Positions 26,801 to 36,366 of a DNA stretch of 64,000 bases are shown one piece after another (position 1 is the stretch's first letter; each line of letters starts with the position of its first letter). The notes under the pieces are model-generated. The model searched no databases, was not told the origin of the DNA, and saw only the letters and a program-made list of their open reading frames with translations. The position numbers and the translations under genes were made by a program. The stretch is from a virus. The DNA is taken from positions 1-64,000 of IMG/VR virus record IMGVR_UViG_3300045988_122291; one strand, given 5' to 3'.

Positions 26801-29365
26801 GGTGCTGAAGTAGCTTCTGATATGGGTCTTGCTATTCAAGGCATGAACGACTATGAATCAGCGACCAAAAACGCTCAAACCGCCTCTCAAAATTTGAATG
26901 GTGTAAATCTAAGCGGTATTCAAAGCGGTATTAAAAAGACGGGAGATAATGCTAATACTGCTCAAGGACAAGTAGACAGCTTATATAATTCCGCTTCTAA
27001 ATTAGACCACACTTTTACTGCAAAATTCAAAGCAGATACAACACAGTGGAAATTACCAACTATTCCATTAGGATATACACAATCAGGTACAACCGCTGTT
27101 GGTCAAACTCCTGCTTATGCAAGCGGATTACAAGGTACGCAGCCTATGCGTGCTCAATCAAGCGGAATGTCTCTTGTTGGTGAAGAAGGCGCTGAGTTCC
27201 GTATTACCAAGGACGGTAAAAAAGAACTCGTTGGTGAAAATGGCGCAGAGTTTGTAAAAGTAAACAAAGGCGATACTATTATTCCCGCTGATGCAACAGA
27301 AATGATTCGCAAAGGTGAGCTTAATGGATATGATGGTGGTTTGCGTGGTAGAACTACTGCAAGTGGTACTGGTGTCGCGAACGCAAGTCATGATGTTAAA
27401 ATAGGTGATATTACCAGTCGTTATACTGGTGAAAAAATTGCTTCTATTTCTAAAGCCACAAAAGCTACTTCTTCAAATACTAAGGCAACCAATTCTAATA
27501 CTTCTGCAAAGTCCGCAAACGCTTCTGCAAGTGCTAAAGCTACTGAAGCAACAGATGAATTAACAGATGCACAGAAAAAGCAGAAAGATGCCTTTGAAGA
27601 AGCCAACGATGTAACTGAGCATCATATTTTCCTTGCTGAAAAGAATGGCGCTTCTTATGAAAAGCTCATTAAGATGAATCGTGACTATCAAAAGCAGATT
27701 CAACAGCAAGCTGACTGGTGGCGTAGTCAAGGTTATGACAATGATTTAGAAGAAATTCGCAAATTACAAAAACTTTGGTGGCAAGTAGAAGATGACATAA
27801 CTTCTTATCAGAAGAAAGCTTTTGATGAACGTTATCAAGAATCTAAAGATTATATTGATGACCGCAATGACCTTGAAGATTGGGGCGCTGACTCTGAGAT
27901 TGAAGCATGGCATCGTGTAGAAACATGGATGGACGAATGGTATAAGAATGGACTTATTTCTTATGACTATTATCTTGAAAAGCGTAAAGAAGCTACAAAG
28001 AAAGCCGCCGAAGCAGAGAAAAAAGCGTGGAAAGAAGCCAAAGAAGCGGAGAAAAAACGTCTTGAAGATTGGCAAGATGTTTATGAGGACTTGTTTGACC
28101 TTGTAGCTGATAAGGCACAAGACGAAATCGACAAACTGGAAGAACAACGTGATACAGTTGAAAAATATTGGGACGATAAAATTGATGCGCTTGAAAAGGC
28201 GAACGATGAACTTGATGACCAGATTGAAAAGGAAGAAGCACTTGATGCTTTGGCTCGTGCTCGTTCCACTAAAGTTATGGTTTATCAAGATGGACGATTC
28301 CAATATATCAATGACGCGGATGAAGTTTCTGAAGCTAAAGCTAATCTTGATAAAATCGAACGTGACCAAGCGCTTGAAAGAGAAAAAGAAAATCTCGAAA
28401 AGCAAAAAGAAGCCGCTCTAAAAGCTATTGATGACCAGATTGATGCTTGGGAAAAGTATAAAGATGAATGGTCTAACGTTGTTTCTGAATATGAGAAAGA
28501 ACAAAAACGTCTTAATGTTCTTCAAAAACTTGGTGTTGACCTTGAAGCAGAAAACTGGAAAGAACGTCTTGGTAATCTTGAAGATTATGTTTCTCAATAT
28601 AAGAAATATATGCAAGAACTTACCAAAATTAACGCCGAACTTGAAGCAGAAAAAGATATTACTGTGGATTCCAACAAAGTATCTTCGGGTGCTTCTGCTG
28701 GTGGCGCAATCGGTTCAGTCATAGGCACTGCTACAGGAGGTATTCTTGGCGGTGTAATCGGAACGATTATTGGTACTGCTACAGGTGCGCTTAAAGGAAC
28801 GAGTAGTGGTAAGGGTTCTTCAAGTAAGGGAAGTTCTTCTTCAAGTAGTAGTAATAGTGTAATTAGTTCCGATAAAGGATATACTATCACTACAAATAAG
28901 GGTACAAGTTTTGTTAATAGTGCACCATCGGGTTCTACAATGACTGGTGGTGATGGCTCTAAGTGGACTAAGAACAAAGATGGTTCTACTACTATTAAAA
29001 CAAAAGACGGAACAACCCACACAGTTAAAGCGACTACAAAGCGTGCTTCTGGTACAAAGTATGCGCCTCGTGGTATAGCTCTTACAGGCGAAGAAGGTGC
29101 TGAACTTCAAGTTCTGAATCAAGGCGATGGCATTATTCCACACGACTTAACTTCTAATCTTTGGGAGTGGGGCGAAACTAAACCGAGTGATATTGTTTCT
29201 GCGTTCGCTGGTATTCAAAAAGACCAATCTGGTGTGACAATTTGCATAGAAAACTTCAATCCTTCTCTACCCAATGTTGTGGATGGTGAAGGTTTTGCTA
29301 ATTATCTCAAGAATAATTTCTGGCGTAATGTTATTCAGTATAAAACAACTATGGGGAGGGCGTGA
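23873..29365 (+). CDS. tail tape measure protein, exon 3
   Basis: 1,830 codons. Continues the tape-measure core (TRNASKASRSLNTIFSRLSQ). Long coiled coils, a Gly/Ser-rich hydrophobic patch, and two LVGEEGAE/LTGEEGAE...GD.IIP motifs typical of tape-measure C-termini. The joined protein is about 2,120 aa. Confidence 0.85.
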   Translation, partial: VTAITEQTRNASKASRSLNTIFSRLSQVTDENSDTGKKLTDIYDGLNIALYDSEGQMRSSYDILSDLSTKWDSLSKNQQNYIALTSAGSNQLNAFLALMNNFGHATEATETAINSAGSATKENERYMESLQAQVQALKAEFQEFATNILSSDLVKGFLQAGTSILKFANTDLGQAISKILLFNLTVNGISGILDLFGANISKVLNPMGGLNTIFEKASEIFVKFTSGATEAGAASSGLGGIISQLGSSFSGLSSGASTSVSAIKNIVGAISALPLPVKIAVAAIAGLIAIYNKLHVSDKELTQSIADKETTINNTKSQIDEYNSTLESNKQRIEEINSVKGTSDWNSSLQTEADTLEHQNQLIERQIQLQEQKLKIEQAALWKDQSEQFERTYGEKMRYTTKQQNVRGEQVSVTLTGEDAYKKKLSDLQVTIHKFTQTQNLDFKDAAVEAEDSIVSIITELEDYKSAAEAAGDTTKAKYIQSLIDMAEAADSVDGGTIKEVLESTADGEASVEEQTSKLVSKLKELGDISIKPKDADSMQEWLESLDSSQVEKLNSLIDDLGNRSDWLAAQISNMSGAEAVSYIDEVFRRLSGDIRSAGEAYSDFENALNTDYSAPLKEVYEMMDYITQSTENGITNLKAYNASLQGIYGTTDKNIIKITEQNAAMSDFRNVAQEAAEGQATLVGNIEQYFSDGVFQGDLLLDRLKELSTSATAISKYGKLLDFQEFDDGTFQIAINDFSKLSEVLGLSDPVLKSFMDSLGGTVDFQMGDTIDAVTTTIQNLHEAISATGTGSISAIANEIKQLQSVGEVDIRTDRLQELQTQLNGLSKYTNMTFDYDFSSLTGGELDVASDELTGFATALQNLTTESGDWDLQGLVDSVNSALGDEAITLDGDEITFNTDEAVSAFQSQLSEAFGGMDYSDIIGSDAGQTIISNLFEGVTVDASAAEGVGQEFADAIKTSVETKLNTTQITINGVGAEVASDMGLAIQGMNDYESATKNAQTASQNLNGVNLSGIQSGIKKTGDNANTAQGQVDSLYNSASKLDHTFTAKFKADTTQWKLPTIPLGYTQSGTTAVGQTPAYASGLQGTQPMRAQSSGMSLVGEEGAEFRITKDGKKELVGENGAEFVKVNKGDTIIPADATEMIRKGELNGYDGGLRGRTTASGTGVANASHDVKIGDITSRYTGEKIASISKATKATSSNTKATNSNTSAKSANASASAKATEATDELTDAQKKQKDAFEEANDVTEHHIFLAEKNGASYEKLIKMNRDYQKQIQQQADWWRSQGYDNDLEEIRKLQKLWWQVEDDITSYQKKAFDERYQESKDYIDDRNDLEDWGADSEIEAWHRVETWMDEWYKNGLISYDYYLEKRKEATKKAAEAEKKAWKEAKEAEKKRLEDWQDVYEDLFDLVADKAQDEIDKLEEQRDTVEKYWDDKIDALEKANDELDDQIEKEEALDALARARSTKVMVYQDGRFQYINDADEVSEAKANLDKIERDQALEREKENLEKQKEAALKAIDDQIDAWEKYKDEWSNVVSEYEKEQKRLNVLQKLGVDLEAENWKERLGNLEDYVSQYKKYMQELTKINAELEAEKDITVDSNKVSSGASAGGAIGSVIGTATGGILGGVIGTIIGTATGALKGTSSGKGSSSKGSSSSSSSNSVISSDKGYTITTNKGTSFVNSAPSGSTMTGGDGSKWTKNKDGSTTIKTKDGTTHTVKATTKRASGTKYAPRGIALTGEEGAELQVLNQGDGIIPHDLTSNLWEWGETKPSDIVSAFAGIQKDQSGVTICIENFNPSLPNVVDGEGFANYLKNNFWRNVIQYKTTMGRA

Positions 29366-29389
29366 GCGTAATGCTCACCCCTCTTTTAT
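29356..29389 (+). terminator. Rho-independent terminator overlapping the tape measure stop codon
   Basis: GAGGG-c-GTGAGC-gtaat-GCTCAC-CCCTC followed by TTTTAT. Confidence 0.65.
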
Positions 29390-29402
29390 ATAGGAGGACA
29401 TT

Positions 29403-29654
29403 ATGGATGAAATGAACCAAGAAGCTGTACAAGTTATGCTTGAAGGCTTTAATTTGTTGCTTAAAGAAGCAATCAACAATACTACGAAAATTTATGACGG
29501 CTTTGTTATTGGGCAAAATGGGACTAATTGGAATGTAAGATATAATGGACAAGTTCATTCTATCAAACAATATGGCGATAATCAAGTAAAAGTTGGTAAA
29601 ATCGTTAAAGTATTCATTCCCCAAGGCAATGCTAATTTAACATTTTTTATATAA
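29403..29654 (+). CDS. hypothetical small tail protein
   Basis: 83-aa ORF with RBS AGGAGG, first gene after the tape measure. Confidence 0.45.
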   Translation: MDEMNQEAVQVMLEGFNLLLKEAINNTTKIYDGFVIGQNGTNWNVRYNGQVHSIKQYGDNQVKVGKIVKVFIPQGNANLTFFI

Positions 29655-29660
29655 GGAGGT

Positions 29661-30755
29661 ATGGCAATGGCTTTACCAAGACCAGTGTTAAATACACAAC
29701 CCGCATTTGACGCTACACAAGTTCATACCTTTACGTTTACTGTATATGGGTCTGGTGCTCAAATTACAGCAAACAAATTAACCATTAGAAATCAATCTGA
29801 TAATAGTATTGTTTATCAACAAACACAAACTACATATAGATTTGAACATAATCTTCCTGCTAATACATTAACAAATGGTAACTATTATAATGCGACAATA
29901 ACAGTTAAAGATAATTCTGGCGAAGAATCTGGGGAATCTATTCCTATTCAATTTTATTGCTATTCTGCGCCAAAAATTGAGTTAACTAACTTTCCTGTTA
30001 CTTCCATTATTGATAACGCTTCTTTTAATTTTGAATTTACCTATAGTCAATCTGAAGGCGAAAGATTAAACAGTTATATTGTCAATCTTTATGATAGCAC
30101 AAAAACGTTAATTTCTACTTCTAATACTAACTATGCAGAAGATGGTACTCCACCTTATGATGGAAGTTATTTGTTTAGCGGTTTTGAAAACACAACTGAA
30201 TATTATGTTGAAATTACAGGATTGACCATCAATGGAACAACGGTTACTACTGGTTTAATTCATTTTACTGTGCGTTATCTCAATCCAAGTATATATTCTC
30301 AGATTGAACTTGAAAACCATTGCAAAGAAGGATATATCACAGTTACTTCTAATATGGTTTTGATAGAAGGCGTTAGTCAACCCGACCCACCAATTTATAT
30401 TAACAACAAAGAAATTGATGTTCGTAATGGGTGGGTAGGATGGAAACAAGGATATAATATCAATTCTGATTTTACTGCTAAACTTTGGTTTAGAGGAGCT
30501 AATGTAAATACAACAATTATAAAATTTAGTAATACTTCTGGACAAACTATAACAGTAAATTATCGTGAAGGATATAAAGATATTGAAGCTCAAGATAAAC
30601 AAGCATATATAGAAGTATATGTAAGTTCGCTTATTCACACAAATTACTATATTTACAGTGATTATCTTGCAATTCTTCCTGATAGTTCGTATTATTGTTT
30701 TTGGCTAAGAAGAATTAACAATATTTATCAGACATTTTTTACTATTGTAGAATAA
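29661..30755 (+). CDS. putative distal tail / baseplate protein
   Basis: 364-aa ORF after the tape measure (ATG 29667 has the better RBS spacing). Beta-rich, repeat-like FN3/Ig-style segments. Positional call. Confidence 0.4.
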   Translation: MAMALPRPVLNTQPAFDATQVHTFTFTVYGSGAQITANKLTIRNQSDNSIVYQQTQTTYRFEHNLPANTLTNGNYYNATITVKDNSGEESGESIPIQFYCYSAPKIELTNFPVTSIIDNASFNFEFTYSQSEGERLNSYIVNLYDSTKTLISTSNTNYAEDGTPPYDGSYLFSGFENTTEYYVEITGLTINGTTVTTGLIHFTVRYLNPSIYSQIELENHCKEGYITVTSNMVLIEGVSQPDPPIYINNKEIDVRNGWVGWKQGYNINSDFTAKLWFRGANVNTTIIKFSNTSGQTITVNYREGYKDIEAQDKQAYIEVYVSSLIHTNYYIYSDYLAILPDSSYYCFWLRRINNIYQTFFTIVE

Positions 30756-30771
30756 GAAAGGAGAAGGATTT

Positions 30772-31680
30772 ATGTTTCAATTTGTAGGGCTAAGTGCTTT
30801 TGCAGGGCAAGATTGCTTAAATCCTGCTCCATCACAAGTAAATGATATTCAAGATACTACACTTAGCAATGCTATTTTAGACCAGTTTAACGTAACTAAA
30901 AATACAAGCGATGCTTTTAATAGTTCACTTCCAACAGTTTGGGACTATGATACTATTATGGATGCTACTTTTGACGGAGAAATTGGTGCGGGCAACGTTG
31001 ATTTTATTTTGGAGCAAATCACTGCGGTTAAAATTAAACGTCGTGTGCGTGGGACTTTTGATTGGTTAACGTTAGCTTCAATTCCTATAAAATCTGTTTC
31101 TGATTTATCTTTTATTTTTGAAGATAGATTAAATACACATGGTATTGAATATGAGTATGCTTTTGTTCCTGTGTTGAATAATGCTGAAGGCGACTATATT
31201 ATTAACAAGGTTTTGTCTAAATTAGACGGTATTTTTATTGGTGATGCTGATACTTGCTATCGTTTTTTATATGATGTTCAATATGGTACAAACGCTCGTA
31301 AAATAAATGTTGGAACATTTCAGCCTCTTGGTAGAAAATATCCTATTGTTATTTCAAACGGTTTGTTGAGTTATGATACGGGTAGTGTTTCTGGTACGAT
31401 TTTGAATGATGACTTTGAAAATACAGGAATTATTGATAGTGCAAAAATCAATGAAAAGAAACGCAAAATTAAAGACTTTTTAGCAAATAAAAAACCTAAA
31501 ATTTTACGTGACTGGACGGGGCAAAGTTGGCTTTGTATAGCTACAGATGATGTGCAAATTTCTTATGCAGAAAGTTCTGGATTGCGCATTCCAAATGTTA
31601 CGTTTACATGGACGGAAATTGGCGATGTAAACAGTCAATCAGATTTGTACAATAACGGTATTATCAATACACCAACATAA
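30772..31680 (+). CDS. putative baseplate protein
   Basis: 302-aa ORF in the baseplate block. No motif recognised. Confidence 0.4.
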   Translation: MFQFVGLSAFAGQDCLNPAPSQVNDIQDTTLSNAILDQFNVTKNTSDAFNSSLPTVWDYDTIMDATFDGEIGAGNVDFILEQITAVKIKRRVRGTFDWLTLASIPIKSVSDLSFIFEDRLNTHGIEYEYAFVPVLNNAEGDYIINKVLSKLDGIFIGDADTCYRFLYDVQYGTNARKINVGTFQPLGRKYPIVISNGLLSYDTGSVSGTILNDDFENTGIIDSAKINEKKRKIKDFLANKKPKILRDWTGQSWLCIATDDVQISYAESSGLRIPNVTFTWTEIGDVNSQSDLYNNGIINTPT

Positions 31681-31692
31681 GGAGGAAGAAAT

Positions 31693-33675
31693 ATGGTAAT
31701 CACCAACACACAATTTCAAACTTCCTTACAAAGCATACAAGCTCGGTTTATTAAAGTTGAATTATTGAATTATCAATTTCAAACTGTAGACGAATTATCA
31801 GGGGTTTGTACTTCTGGTAATATAAACATTGATTCTACCGCCGATGTGCGAAGAACAGCGAGTATTGTTCTTGCAGTAAAAGATACCAGTTTTGAAGTAG
31901 CCAGTGGAGCAAGAGTATGGCTTGATAAATATATTCGTTTACTTGTTGGTACACAATCAATGCGGACTGGCGAGATTGAATATGTAAATTGTGGTATTTA
32001 TATTATTGACGCTCCAAGCTATGAATATGCGCCAGAAACTAATACAGTATCTTTTAGTTTACTTGACCTTATGGCAAAGCTGACAGGTACTCGAAACGGC
32101 TATTTGAAGGGTGCTCCTGTTGTGCTTAAAGCTGGTGAAAATATTCGTCAAACAATTATTGATACATTGGCTTTAGGTGGTTTTACTCAATATGTTGTCG
32201 AAGAAGCGCCGTTTCCAAGTGTAATTCCTACAGACCTTGAATTTAATCAAGGTTCAACTGTGTATGATTTGCTATCAGGTTTAAGGGACATATATCCATA
32301 CTATGAAATGTATTTTGATGTAAACGGTACATTTTTTTACAAGCGCAAGCCAACAGGTGAGAATGACCCAGTTGTTGTTGATGACACTACGTTTATTCCG
32401 ATTGTTACCAACGAAAAGATTGAAGTTGACTTTCAGAATGTAAAGAATAGCATTGAAGTATGGGGACGAACTCACGACCCAGCACATTATTCCGACACTG
32501 CGGAAGTTACTGACAATATTATTAAGCTGACTATTGAAGATGTAACAGCTTATACCGAAAACGTAGTGTATGGTTTTACAATGAAAAATAATAAGGGTTT
32601 AACTGCACCAAAGCTAAAAATCAATGACCTTGCTGTATTGCCGATTAAAAATGATGATGGTACTGACACTAATATTGTTGCTGAAGAAGGCGATGTTTAT
32701 TTTTGCGTTCAGTATAAAACAACTTATTGGCGATGGCTTGGACATTTGCAAGCATATGGTTTTGTCGAAGATACAAATGAAAAAAGCCCTTATTATGTAA
32801 ATGGTTCAGTAGGACGTATTCGACTACCATTATATGATGGAGACTATGCGAATTGTCTGACAGATGATTTAGCATTGCAACGTGCTAAATACGAGTTATG
32901 GCTTCATACCAATCTGAATGATACTGTAACATTAACTTGCGTTCCTGTGTATTGGTTTGACGTTAATATGCTTGTTGAATATACATTGAATCGCAATGGT
33001 GAAAAGCGTAAATATCTTATTACTTCAATTCAGCAAGGTCTTGCTCCAACAGATAATATGACTGTTACTATGGCAAGATATTATGGCGAAAATGAAGCTG
33101 ATACAGATTATGAGTTGCTTGAATATATTGAATCTGATGGAGACCAATGGATTGATGTTGGGTTCAATCCAAAGCAAGATACTCGTGTTTATGCCAAGGT
33201 TAGCCAATATCCGAATACTAAGGAAGGCGCATTGTTTGGTGCTCGTGATTCTGCGGACGGCACAGTGCATTATACATTTCGCACTAACAACAAAAAGTAT
33301 CGTACAGAATATGCTAATGTTTATGCTGAATTTGCTTCAGAAGTAAATTTTGAAGAACAGTTTACAGTAGATAAAGATGATAATGTAACTACTTTGAATA
33401 CAGATAAAACGGCTACAATCGCATATACAGGCGTGTTTACTTGCGCTAATAGTTTGTATATATTTGCTTGTAATACAGGCGGTAAAGCTGACCTAAAGAC
33501 CAAGGGTGTAAGAATCCATAGTCTTGTTATTTATGATGATGATAATGCTGTACGCAATCTCATTCCTGCTCGTCATAAAGAAACAGGCGAAATTGGTATG
33601 TATGATGGCGTAGAGCTAAAATTTTATAAAAATGCTGGTACTGGCAAATTTATTGCTGGTGCTGTTAAAAATTAA
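31693..33675 (+). CDS. putative tail-tip (Tal-like) baseplate hub protein with C-terminal lectin-like domain
   Basis: 660 aa. The N-terminal third resembles siphovirus tail-tip proteins (recognised by eye only). The C-terminus ELLEYIESDGDQWIDVGFNP...LFGARD...NLIPARHKETGEIGMYD..ELKFYKNAGTGKF is a module often seen at the ends of gut-phage fibre proteins. Confidence 0.45.
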   Translation: MVITNTQFQTSLQSIQARFIKVELLNYQFQTVDELSGVCTSGNINIDSTADVRRTASIVLAVKDTSFEVASGARVWLDKYIRLLVGTQSMRTGEIEYVNCGIYIIDAPSYEYAPETNTVSFSLLDLMAKLTGTRNGYLKGAPVVLKAGENIRQTIIDTLALGGFTQYVVEEAPFPSVIPTDLEFNQGSTVYDLLSGLRDIYPYYEMYFDVNGTFFYKRKPTGENDPVVVDDTTFIPIVTNEKIEVDFQNVKNSIEVWGRTHDPAHYSDTAEVTDNIIKLTIEDVTAYTENVVYGFTMKNNKGLTAPKLKINDLAVLPIKNDDGTDTNIVAEEGDVYFCVQYKTTYWRWLGHLQAYGFVEDTNEKSPYYVNGSVGRIRLPLYDGDYANCLTDDLALQRAKYELWLHTNLNDTVTLTCVPVYWFDVNMLVEYTLNRNGEKRKYLITSIQQGLAPTDNMTVTMARYYGENEADTDYELLEYIESDGDQWIDVGFNPKQDTRVYAKVSQYPNTKEGALFGARDSADGTVHYTFRTNNKKYRTEYANVYAEFASEVNFEEQFTVDKDDNVTTLNTDKTATIAYTGVFTCANSLYIFACNTGGKADLKTKGVRIHSLVIYDDDNAVRNLIPARHKETGEIGMYDGVELKFYKNAGTGKFIAGAVKN

Positions 33676-33692
33676 GGAAGGAGTGGTGTAAT

Positions 33693-34541
33693 ATGTCAAC
33701 TCGTTATCCTGACCTTTCTCTAACGACTTTCCCCGATAGTGTTGATACAACTTTTAAGACGTTTTTGAATATTAGTGCTTCAGATGGAGCACTAATTAAA
33801 GGGTACACAGATGCTATGTACGCTGGCAATCAAACATTGGCAACACAGTATTTAGCACAGATACCTTCTGCCACTCAAAAAATTATTCAGTCCAGCGATT
33901 TGAATAAAATGACTGAAGCAATTCTTGCTATTGAACGTTTTTATTCTACTGATATTAGTAGTGATATTGAGCAACGACAAGAAGCATGGAAAGCATTGAT
34001 TGATAATTTTGGTTATATTGGTGAATGGGATAGTAATACAGTTTATAAAAAGAACAATCTTGTGTCATATTCTATTGGAGACAATTCTAATATTTATATT
34101 GCTCTTAAAGATATGGATAGTGGAATTACTCCTACTAATGGTAACTATTGGCGTGTATTAACACAAAAAGGTAAACAAGGCGTATCTGGTACTGGTTTAG
34201 CATATCGAGCTAAATGGTCGTCAAGCGAAGATTATCAGAAAGATAATGCGGTAACTCATAATGGCGCTTTATGGCAATCTTTGACAAATAATTCAAATGT
34301 AGAACCGGGTACAAATGACGCTATTTGGAAATTAGTTATGCCATATGTGGTAACTGTTTACCCTATTCAAGATACTCAACCAACCAATCAAAATGAAGGC
34401 GAATTGTGGTTTGACACTTCTGGTAATCCTACTCAATATTATAAACTTGAACCTTTGTTAAATCCTGCAACCGCTTCTAACATTGCTGCTGGTTTTGAAG
34501 CGTATGATAGTCAAGGAAACTTGATTGTCGGAACAATGTAA
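33693..34541 (+). CDS. tail fibre / receptor-binding candidate with CBM5/12-like aromatic repeats
   Basis: Two repeats: WDSNTVYKKNNLVSYS..NIYIALKDMDSGITPTNGNYW and WSSSEDYQKDNAVTHNGALWQSLTNNSNVEPGTNDAIW. Confidence 0.5.
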   Translation: MSTRYPDLSLTTFPDSVDTTFKTFLNISASDGALIKGYTDAMYAGNQTLATQYLAQIPSATQKIIQSSDLNKMTEAILAIERFYSTDISSDIEQRQEAWKALIDNFGYIGEWDSNTVYKKNNLVSYSIGDNSNIYIALKDMDSGITPTNGNYWRVLTQKGKQGVSGTGLAYRAKWSSSEDYQKDNAVTHNGALWQSLTNNSNVEPGTNDAIWKLVMPYVVTVYPIQDTQPTNQNEGELWFDTSGNPTQYYKLEPLLNPATASNIAAGFEAYDSQGNLIVGTM

Positions 34542-34553
34542 GGGGTGTGTTTT

Positions 34554-35615
34554 ATGGCAAACCCTAATACTTTGTTCTCATGGATGAAATATCAAGATAT
34601 TCAATTATCAGATGTGGATTTACGTTCACAGTTTGAAGCGGATATGTCTGTTGGTAATTATGCGCAAGCATTACAGCTATTATCTAATAATCAAGCACAA
34701 TTTCGTGGTAAGTCTTGGATTGGCGATAGTGTAAATACTATTATAACAGGAATTTTAACCATTGAAAATTTATATGGAAATGGTGTAATAAATTATTTAT
34801 CTGACCTTACAATTAGCTTGCAAAGTTTAATAGATAATTATCGTAATATGGAAACTTATGATTCTTCTAAAGAATATAAAGAAATGAATTTTGTTTCATA
34901 TAATGAAGATATGTACATGGCTTTGCAAGAAATTCCAAAAGGAACATTGCCTACAGATAATAATTATTGGTTGTATATTGGACTAAAAGGTGAACAAGGT
35001 GCTTCTGGTGTTAATGTGCGACAACAATATGATTATTCTTCTACAAAAACTTATCAAGTTAATGATATTGTTGTGTATCAAAATCAAATATACGTTGCAC
35101 TTAAAACTAATATAGGTATTGCGCCAACTGATGAAACTAATTGGCTTTTATATCAAAAAGTTATTAAAGGTAATATTTTTGTAGGAGTTGAAGCACCGAC
35201 AGAAAATTTGGTTGAAGGTAAAGTTTGGTTTAAGACAAAAATAGACCCTTATACTTATGTTGGTAATAGTTCTATTGTTGGAACTTTTATGGTTTATCAT
35301 GAAAACGGTAGTTGGGAAGAAATGTATCCAAATACTGTTTTTGATTTGGTAGATATGGAACAATATTCAGTAAAAGGTTATGATTATTCCATAATTATAA
35401 CACAGTCTGAATGGAATAATCAAACAATAGAAATAAGCAATTCACATTTTACTGAAAGTTCTGTTGTTAATATTTTACCAGAAAGTACAATGACCGAAGC
35501 ACAATGGAAACAATATAATTTTCTTGAAAGTGTTGTAGTATCTAACGGCAAAATTATTATTACCGCAAACCATTCAATAACAGAAAATTTGCCGATAAAA
35601 ATTCTAATTAGATAA
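34554..35615 (+). CDS. tail fibre paralogue with CBM5/12-like aromatic repeats
   Basis: Start moved to the ATG after AAGGGG. Repeats YDSSKEYKEMNFVSYNEDMYMALQEIPKGTLPTDNNYW and YSSTKTYQVNDIVVYQNQIYVALKTNIGIAPTDETNW. Shares the GxKGxQGxSG junction with the preceding gene. Confidence 0.5.
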   Translation: MANPNTLFSWMKYQDIQLSDVDLRSQFEADMSVGNYAQALQLLSNNQAQFRGKSWIGDSVNTIITGILTIENLYGNGVINYLSDLTISLQSLIDNYRNMETYDSSKEYKEMNFVSYNEDMYMALQEIPKGTLPTDNNYWLYIGLKGEQGASGVNVRQQYDYSSTKTYQVNDIVVYQNQIYVALKTNIGIAPTDETNWLLYQKVIKGNIFVGVEAPTENLVEGKVWFKTKIDPYTYVGNSSIVGTFMVYHENGSWEEMYPNTVFDLVDMEQYSVKGYDYSIIITQSEWNNQTIEISNSHFTESSVVNILPESTMTEAQWKQYNFLESVVVSNGKIIITANHSITENLPIKILIR

Positions 35616-35627
35616 GGAGGAAGTAAG

Positions 35628-35975
35628 TTGATAAAATTTCGTCTTTCAGATAAAGAAAACAATGAATATGTTGACTTGTTTCCTCGGACTTCTGTAAGAG
35701 CTATTGTCGATGGAGAAAATTTTCGTAAGACGCAAATTATAGAAGTTGAAGTTCCCGCTTTTAACGGAGTTACACAAAATATATCAATTCAGACAAACGC
35801 TAATATTGTTAATGCGCCATTTGAAGTGCATTTATTGAATGGAAACAAAAGAGATTATAACACCCTTAATCAAGTGCAAGTTGTTGAAGGGGCAGTAATT
35901 ATAACTCGATTAAACACGATGCCAGAAAACGCAATCAAAATTGCTTTGGTATTTTATGGAATAAGGGGTGAATAA
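35628..35975 (+). CDS. hypothetical tail-fibre-region protein
   Basis: 115-aa ORF with TTG start after GGAGGAAG. Confidence 0.4.
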   Translation: MIKFRLSDKENNEYVDLFPRTSVRAIVDGENFRKTQIIEVEVPAFNGVTQNISIQTNANIVNAPFEVHLLNGNKRDYNTLNQVQVVEGAVIITRLNTMPENAIKIALVFYGIRGE

Positions 35976-35977
35976 AA

Positions 35978-36349
35978 ATGGCGAATAAAGGATTTGCTAT
36001 GAAGGTGAAAACTTCAAATGGATATGTCACATTATCTCCCCAAACTTTTTCTAACCAAGTAATTGATGCTGATTTTGGCGAAGTGTTTATAAAAGTTATT
36101 ACTTTAAGCGTAATGAATTGGAACGAAAATTTACAACAAACAGTTGATGTTACAGGGATTTTATCTTCTGACGCTCCTATTATAACAAAAGTTCTTGAAG
36201 GAACAACAGAGCAAATGAAACAGCAAGAAAAAGCGTTTAATTGTATCAATCCAATTACGGGTGTTTTTTCCACTAACAATGCAGTAAGATTTACTTGTAA
36301 AACAAAACCGCAAGTAGATTTTAAAATACAAATATATTGGACTCGATAA
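35978..36349 (+). CDS. hypothetical tail-fibre-region protein
   Basis: 123-aa ORF coupled to the previous gene. Confidence 0.4.
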   Translation: MANKGFAMKVKTSNGYVTLSPQTFSNQVIDADFGEVFIKVITLSVMNWNENLQQTVDVTGILSSDAPIITKVLEGTTEQMKQQEKAFNCINPITGVFSTNNAVRFTCKTKPQVDFKIQIYWTR

Positions 36350-36366
36350 AGAAAGGAGTGTGAAAA

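Noticed and set aside
27764-28405. 213-aa antisense ORF (and several others, 27993-28615) inside the tape measure gene
   Set aside because: It lies opposite the lysine/glutamate-rich coiled-coil region. The translation is low-complexity (F/I/L/K runs), there is no RBS, and it is fully contained in a confidently called gene.
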